Part shown: positions 57,332-64,000 of the stretch, one piece after another | Layout: each line of letters starts with the position of its first letter | How positions within the stretch are numbered: position 1 is the first letter of the stretch | Position numbers and translations under genes: made by a program | From: Laetmonice hystrix | Taxonomy: Eukaryota | Reading direction: 5' to 3' | NCBI GenBank assembly: GCA_965235115.1 | Contig: OZ249436.1 | Coordinates: 310,001-374,000 of the forward strand | DNA: 64,000 nucleotides | The notes under the pieces: model-generated | Told to the model about the DNA's origin: nothing | What the model saw: only the letters and a program-made list of their open reading frames with translations | The model's database searches: none

Positions 57332-58583
57332 TGAGCTGGAAGTCCGTGAGATGGAGGTTCAGAGTTGCCATGGTAGTTCCAACCCGCTGTACCAGACACG
57401 AACAGTTGACCAGGCGGACAGTAAATGTTTTACTGGCCCAAGTTTTCTCCGGGTCTCGTTCCATCATCACAAACTGTGGCACCGAGTTCGGCGACTTGCT
57501 CTCCGATATCCTCACCGTGAACAAATCGGGAACTAATACAGACATGATAAGTTCTCTGGGCAGAGGAAGCTTGTTGAGTCGTTGTATGAAAAAAGATCCA
57601 GCGCTTGACTGAATAAGTTGTTTCCTTATCACCTCGAGAGAAATGTGCTTGAGCGAGGGAAACTGCTTGAGAACCTCAGCGTCAAATGGATTCCTTGAAC
57701 AGTGTAATCTGCCGCGGTTATACTCGAGGGGAAAGTCTTGACCGTGGAGCAGCAAAGTCAGAATCCCACGATACTTCAAACATGACTGCCTGACCCAAAT
57801 CTTTGAAAAAAGACATCTTCCCTTTTTATCTAAGATGTCCATATTACAGCCAGCCCAAAGCAAGTTATACAAATTGGGTTGAAAGGCGAATTGTTCTGCC
57901 AGGAAATGAAGATGCGAACTTAACTTTAGATCAGAGACAAGTGCAGGATGTTGTCGCAGGAGTTGCTGGAGCAAACTGCCGCACCTGTTGTCCCTTACAA
58001 TGTTATGAATGAGGGCGCGGTCGTTGGGAATCGCACCATATTGTATGAAGGTCTCTGTCACATCCAGATTCTGGCCATCCACAGAGAACACCAAGTCGAG
58101 GGCTGTTTGACCGCGTTTGTTTTTCAACCGGTGGTCGGCACCGTTTTCTAGGAGGAACGCGATGACGTCAGTTTTACGTGATTGGTGCGTCACAAAGCCG
58201 TCCCCCGTCAGAACGTGCAGGGCGGTATCACCGACCGAGTTGGAGGCGTTAACGTCGGCTCCAAGCTGTACCAGCAGTCGTATGACGGAGGGCAAGAAGA
58301 GGTGTGTGGCCGTGTGGAGTGGCGTGTTCCCATCGTGGTCCACCAGCGCCACCTGAGTTCCGTCAAACTTCAGTAGCTGACGTAGAATGTTTTTATCGTC
58401 CGTATAGATAGCCAGGTGGATGGCCTTGTGTCCGCCGCGCGTAACGTCATTTGTGACGTCACCGGTGCCGTTCATGAGCAGTTTCAAAATGTCGCGGAGA
58501 GCGGCACGTCTCTCTGTCACTGACATTTGTGACGGAGTCGGCGTCCGCTTGGCCAGACGCCGCAGTTTGAATCGTTTGATCAT
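57285..58583 (-). CDS. Ankyrin-repeat and SOCS-box protein (ASB-like), apparently single exon, 432 aa
   Basis: Ankyrin repeats GGHKAIHLA, DGNTPLHTA..LLVQLGADVN, GDTALHVL..LLENGAD, RGQTALDL; SOCS-box-like FPSLKHISLEVIRKQL...LNKLPLPREL; in-frame stops upstream of the ATG. Confidence 0.82.
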   Translation of the reverse strand: MIKRFKLRRLAKRTPTPSQMSVTERRAALRDILKLLMNGTGDVTNDVTRGGHKAIHLAIYTDDKNILRQLLKFDGTQVALVDHDGNTPLHTATHLFLPSVIRLLVQLGADVNASNSVGDTALHVLTGDGFVTHQSRKTDVIAFLLENGADHRLKNKRGQTALDLVFSVDGQNLDVTETFIQYGAIPNDRALIHNIVRDNRCGSLLQQLLRQHPALVSDLKLSSHLHFLAEQFAFQPNLYNLLWAGCNMDILDKKGRCLFSKIWVRQSCLKYRGILTLLLHGQDFPLEYNRGRLHCSRNPFDAEVLKQFPSLKHISLEVIRKQLIQSSAGSFFIQRLNKLPLPRELIMSVLVPDLFTVRISESKSPNSVPQFVMMERDPEKTWASKTFTVRLVNCSCLVQRVGTTMATLNLHLTDFQLTRDSPHNQPWNLPVT

Positions 58584-59019
58584 ACTGTCACCATTCTCTC
58601 ATTACGTGTGGATCTATAGCCTGGCTGTCCGCCTGACCTCTTCTGTCGGCATCCCCTGCACTGCTTCGCACAGGGTTAAATGCGGAGCCCCTCAGGCCTA
58701 TTATCGGAATGCATGTAGGCTCTCAATCTATAGCTCGGCTAGAAGCTGAACGAGGTATAGCATGCGGCCTGCGACAATCGGTGAGAATCCAATGGCAGTT
58801 TGTCGGGTAAACACGACAGACACGACCCAGTGCACCGTGACATTAGTCTGGCATGGAAAAACGAGTTGAGACCAAGACACACAGTGGGTGGAAGTAATGT
58901 GGGGCATAATGCAATCCCACTCGGTGTAAGTCACCATAGCCGTCATTTAGTTGTTCTCATGGCGAGGAATAGGCCGCCTATCGAAGAATAGGCTACGTGA
59001 AGAAGGCTACACGTCATTT

Positions 59020-59187
59020 CAGTAGTGTAGGAAGGAAAAAAATATTGGGGGGGGGGGGGGGGGCAGAAGTGACGTCATAATGACTTGCGCCTATGTTTTT
59101 GCATTGAGCCATGCAGTCATTTTATAAATATTGGGGGGGGGGGGGGGGGGCAGCAGCCCCTTCTGCCCCCAGCTTTCGACACCCCTG
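59020..59187. mobile_element. Short MITE with 5-bp target duplication CATTT
   Basis: CAGTAGTGTAGG / TCGACACCCCTG termini; G-runs inside. Confidence 0.55.
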
Positions 59188-59577
59188 CATTTCACTCAAG
59201 GACATGCATGCGATTGGATCTATAGACCTATGCCTTACCGTGGACCTAAATCGCTTTTAAAATCGCTTTTTCTACGTATGTTGATAGCTTGGATCCATGT
59301 TTGAAACAATGTCTGAAACAATAGGCCCCTATTTGTGCTTTGAGTTGTCACTGATGGTCTTCGTTGTTTGATTATTTGTTTGATATTTTAATGTTTCAGT
59401 ATAAGTTAAAGTATTATATTATGTATAAGTTAAGTTTTTATGTTGCTTATTTATCAATTGAGTTGGTAGGCCTAGGCCTATCTGGATACATCGGGAAACC
59501 AGCAAATGGGAAGAAAGATCAGAGGCAGGTCTGTGGATTTTAAAACTGTCAGTTGCTTGGTTTCTTGGGTTAAACAC

Positions 59578-61208
59578 AAGCAGTCACTGAGGTAGAGTGT
59601 AGCGTGGGGTTTGGTATTAAAGCAGTCACTGAGGTAGAGTGCAGCGTGGGGTTTGGTATTAAAGCAATCACTGAGGTAGAGTGCAGCGTGGGGTTTGGTA
59701 TTAAAGCAGTCACTGAGGTGGAGTGCAGCGTGGGTAGAGACGCGTCACTTTTCTCAGTGGCGCCACCTCGTGGCAATTGACGAACTCTATTTTTACACGT
59801 TGCAACGCGTTTTTTACGTCACTCAATGCTGTCAACAACACGGCAATGCAGAGGCAGAGTCAAGTCTGGCCGCTTCGCATCCCAGAAACAGTTTGACAAA
59901 AGGCTTCACGATGCCAGAAAAATGTACTTGACTATGCGTTTTAACATTGGAGTCTATGGGACCGATAAGACCCTTGGTAGTGAAAATGGCGATATCTCAT
60001 GAATTTCCATGGTGACATATGATTTTTTTTAATCTAAAGTGTTCAAAACAAGTCATGCAACAATTCTGAGAAGTATTTTCAGAATCTCTGGGTTAGAAAT
60101 GTCTGAAAAAAATCTTCTCTCTTTTAATTCGAACCAAAAATTTCACGTATCTCTCTCTACTCTAGACTAGTAGTGCGAGTTGAAGGCCTATCTTCAAATG
60201 CTCATAACTCAGGATCCGATATGGTGACCCGCCATTTTCTTTGCATCAAAATACTCGAAAAATGTAGAATTATTTTATGTGAAAGTAGCCTGAAAATCTC
60301 TGGGTCAGAAATTTTTGGCTTATTGGTGTCGAGTCCCTTGGGGTTTGGTATTAAAGCAGTCACTGAGGTAGAGTGTAGCGTGCGGTTTGGTATTAAAGCA
60401 GTCACTGAGGTAGAGTGTAGCGTGCGGTTTGGTATTGAAGCAGTCACTGAGGTAGAGTGTAGCGTGGGGTTTGGTATTAAAGCAGTCACTGAGGTAGAGT
60501 GTAGCGTGGGGTTTGGTATTAAAGCAGTCACTGAGGTAGAGTGTAGCGTGGGGTTTGGTATTAAAGCAGTCACTGAGGTAGAGTGCAGCGTGGGGTTTGG
60601 TATTAAAGCAATCACTGAGGTAGAGTGCAGCGTGGGGTTTGGTATTAAAGCAGTCACTGAGGTGGAGTGCAGCGTGGGGTTTGGTATTAAAGCAATCACT
60701 GAGGTAGAGTGTAGCGTGGGGTTTGGTATTAAAGCAGTCACTGAGGTAGAGTGTAGCGTGGGGTTTGGTATTAAAGCAGTCACTGAGGTAGAGTGCAGCG
60801 TGGGGTTTGGTATTAAAGCAGTCACTGAGGTAGAGTGTAGCGTGCGGTTTGGTATTAAAGCAGTCACTGAGGTAGAGTGTAGCGTGGGGTTTGGTATTAA
60901 AGCAATCACTGAGGCAGAGTGTAGCGTGGGGTTTGGTATTAAAGCAATCACTGAGGTAGAGTGTAGCGTGGAGTTTGGTATTAAAGCAGTCACTGAGGTA
61001 GAGTGTAGCGTGCGGTTTGGTATTAAAGCAGTCACTGAGGTAGAGTGTAGCGTGCGGTTTGGTATTGAAGCAGTCACTGAGGTAGAGTGTAGCGTGGGGT
61101 TTGGTATTAAAGCAGTCACTGAGGTAGAGTGTAGCGTGGGGTTTGGTATTAAAGCAGTCACTGAGGTAGAGTGTAGCGTGGGGTTTGGTATTGAAGCAGT
61201 CACTGAGT
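59578..61208. repeat. Minisatellite, 42 bp unit, in two blocks (59578-59735, 60340-61208) split by ~600 bp unrelated DNA
   Basis: gggtttggtattaaagcagtcactgaggtagagtgtagcgtg, ~4 + ~21 copies. Confidence 0.95.
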
Positions 61209-63158
61209 ATATTGTAAACAGACAGCAGCGAAATGCACCTGCACATTTCAGATTTCTTGTCGAGAACACTCAAAAACAACGCTGCCTTCCGCCATCGGGA
61301 ATGTCTGACCTGCAGGCATAGCGTTGCAACGGGTGAGATGATCACGTGATTGCGGCTATAGTCTCGCATTCTGTGAAAAGGGTGTAAAGTCGCCCGGCCA
61401 AAACTCTATCTCGTAGGTGGGCTGCAGGTCTTGAAGAAGACGCGCGTCATTCCAAACTTGCTGGTTTTTAGATATTTTTTTTAAATAGTCACGAAATCCA
61501 ATCACGCAAGTAGGCAGGGCTGTGGAACATAATTACCAGACTATATACAAGCAGTATTTTCGCCAATTTGTAAAATCTATATGAAATAAGTGACATGAGT
61601 CTTTTAACGAATCTGCCACCTAGCGTTTTCTAGAAGCTTTCTGCGGGACCGGAAGACGTCACGTCCGACCAGCCACGCCACGCAAACGGCGAGTATAGAT
61701 CCTTTTTGAGTAAGTTAACACTTTTATCTGCAAAAGGGAGACTATGTTGAACCCTTGAAAAACTAGCAGATGTCAGATTGAAATGTCAGATGTGACCTTG
61801 AATTGGCAGAAATATTAAGGCCGCTGTGCACCTTGCTTTTCTTGGTTGTTAGATTGGCGTAAGACCCCTTCATAAACTCATGGCGTTGGTAGATCTAAGG
61901 TTGAGTAATAACCTGATGGTAGGCCTCCAAGGTAAGAGATGGTAGGGTAGAGGATTGTAACCATGTCCATGAGCCATGTCTTGTTCGCTATGGACACATA
62001 TTTAAATATCTCTGTTGCTGAGGTGTCCACATCGGTGGGCATCTCCTCCCTAAATTTCATCAAGATATCTCAAAAACTCACCGAGTTATGAATACTGCTT
62101 TACCACTACCTAAATGACACACAACCGTGCAAGATGTTGAAAAAAAGCAGAAGAAAAAAAAAATTCCCATTCCACATGAGAGCGAAGAGGGACAATCTAT
62201 CGGATGATCATTGTAATAAACCGGAAACCCGACATTTCAGAATTCCGCTCGTCCCTTTAGTGAGGAGCGGAATTTAGAAATATCGGATTTCCCAAAGTAT
62301 GCTATCAGAATAATAGTCTAAAACCCCAAAAATTGCAAGCTTCACGTTTGATTGATCTGCTCTTCTAAACTTTCCTATTTGTGGATGGCCCGCTTTCGGA
62401 GTGACTGAAGGTTTGTGGACAACACGAATGGTGTCTTCTTACACAGAGGCACATTTCCAGGCAGGATATGTAAAGAAGCCTATTATGTCAGTGTTGGCAG
62501 GACGCCTTTTACAGGTGTGTGTGATGTAGGAGTTTTTATACGCATTGAGCCACCGTACTTAGATTTGGAATTAACTTTTATTGACAAATAACGCAGAAAT
62601 ACAAAGATATGAGATGAAAACATACGACCTCTAAAGGCGCCCTCTATCGTGGGGTTGCCACCTAGCGGCACAGAGCTGACACACAGTCGGCTGGCACCTG
62701 GCAATGGACTGACAGGAGGCCATTTGTAGGAAGGATAGCCAGAGATATAATAAGGAACTCACTAGTAGAATCATGTAACATTACTAATTGAGAGAGGAAA
62801 GTAAGGGATGGAAGAAGGAAGAAAGGGTCGGATTGTTGCTCTCCATATTGCCTGCCAGACTCTGCAGCCATGATGGAACTGTCGACATCTAGGCTGACGA
62901 TACTTGTATCGCATAACGTAGAAGTGCATAGGCCTATTGGTAGGAGAGAGCACATCTTCAGTACTTCAGATTTGAAATTCAGTGAGGCCAAAGTGTACAG
63001 TGAGGCCAAACAGTACACTGTGGGGCAAGTTGTGTGGGAGGCCAACCAGTAGAGTGAGAAGTCCCTAAATCTTACCGGCTGGCCTATAGTAGCCATGCAG
63101 ACACTACAGTGAGGTAGTGGAAAGGAAAGGTTCCAGGCCAGGAGCATCTAATGTTAAA

Positions 63159-64000
63159 ATCTGGAGAAGATACTCAAATGAGAAGTGTACACATCACAAC
63201 CATATATCTGTAGCGAACGTACGAGACCTATACGTTTGACAGTTATACATCCGGCCAAAGAATAATAATTTTGGGGTGCGGAGGTTCAATTTGACGTACC
63301 AAAAATGTAGCCATTTTTCGCTTATCATTGCTTTAACCTGTCTCTCGCCTAAGAGCCACAGGTGCCTGCCAGCCCGGCAGGTGTACGTGGTGATTCCACC
63401 GCTGGCCGGAAGGCGGCAGTGCAGTCAAAACGAAAAAATACACAGAGATGTTGCAGGCAGAGGCATGCCATACGTTTCGTCTATCATCTACTTCCATTTA
63501 ATCTGTGTCCCCTACAGACCATCTGTAAGCGTCCGACAACGTTGTCAGGTCGTCCCAATGATTGTTTGCCGTAAAGGTTTAGTTAATAAGTGCAAATGAC
63601 GTTGTACGCCTTTTCTATATCAGATATCCCATCCCCAAGTAACAAAGAAAGAAAGAAAGAAAGAAAGAAAGAATACACAGAGATGTTGCACGCAGAAAAC
63701 ACCAGGGTGCAGCGCAGCTCCACTGATGCGCGACGGCGGCGCTGACTGCACTGCCGCCTTCCGTCCGGCGGTGGAATCACCACGTACACCTGCCGGGCTG
63801 GCAGGCACCTGTGGCTCTTAGGCGAGAGACAGGTTAAAGCAATGATAATCGAAAAATGGGGTAGTCAAATTGAAACTACGCACCCCAAAATTATTATTCT
63901 TAGGCCAGATGTATAACTGTCAAGCGTATAGGTCTCGTACGTTCGCTACAGATAAATGGTTGTGATGTGTACACTTCCCATTTGAGTATCTTCTCCAGAT
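63159..64000. mobile_element. Foldback-like element: ~265-bp inverted arms (63159-63427 and 63743-64000) around a 315-bp spacer
   Basis: atctggagaagatactcaaatg...ggcggcagtgcagtca is the reverse complement of tgactgcactgccgcc...tttgagtatcttctccagat; may extend past window end. Confidence 0.8.

Noticed and set aside
60173..61369. Long ORFs of 349-382 aa on both strands
   Set aside because: Produced by a 42-bp stop-free repeat unit; open in several frames and strands, no domain.
61878..63147. Possible coding remnants (61-161 aa ORFs)
   Set aside because: No recognisable motif or splice structure; cannot be supported without a database search.

Overview
Eukaryotic, intron-rich invertebrate-type genomic DNA; no prokaryotic features, CRISPR or rRNA. 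Three protein-coding genes: (1) DNA ligase I (LIG1, + strand, 17 exons 9662-31214, 668 aa visible; the N-terminal exons were not found and probably lie upstream of the window); (2) a Polycomb/CBX chromobox gene (+, 5 exons 37704-48909, ~441 aa); (3) an apparently intronless ankyrin-repeat/SOCS-box gene (-, 57285-58583). There is also a 5'-truncated CR1/L2-like LINE, tRNA-derived SINE-like elements, a DINE-1/HINE-like element with nested insertions, several MITEs and a foldback element at the right edge. The most unusual aspect is about 30 mutually unrelated minisatellite arrays (13-150 bp units). Many abut or include exon edges (a 22-fold duplicated LIG1 splice donor, a multiplied stop-codon region, arrays right after the other two stop codons), and many units are hairpin-rich, in some cases more palindromic than the genic copy they derive from. 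A dense cluster of TA-GGCC-TA / TA-GATC-TA / TA-CATG-TA palindromes marks the region upstream of the CBX gene. All coordinates and copy numbers were read by eye.
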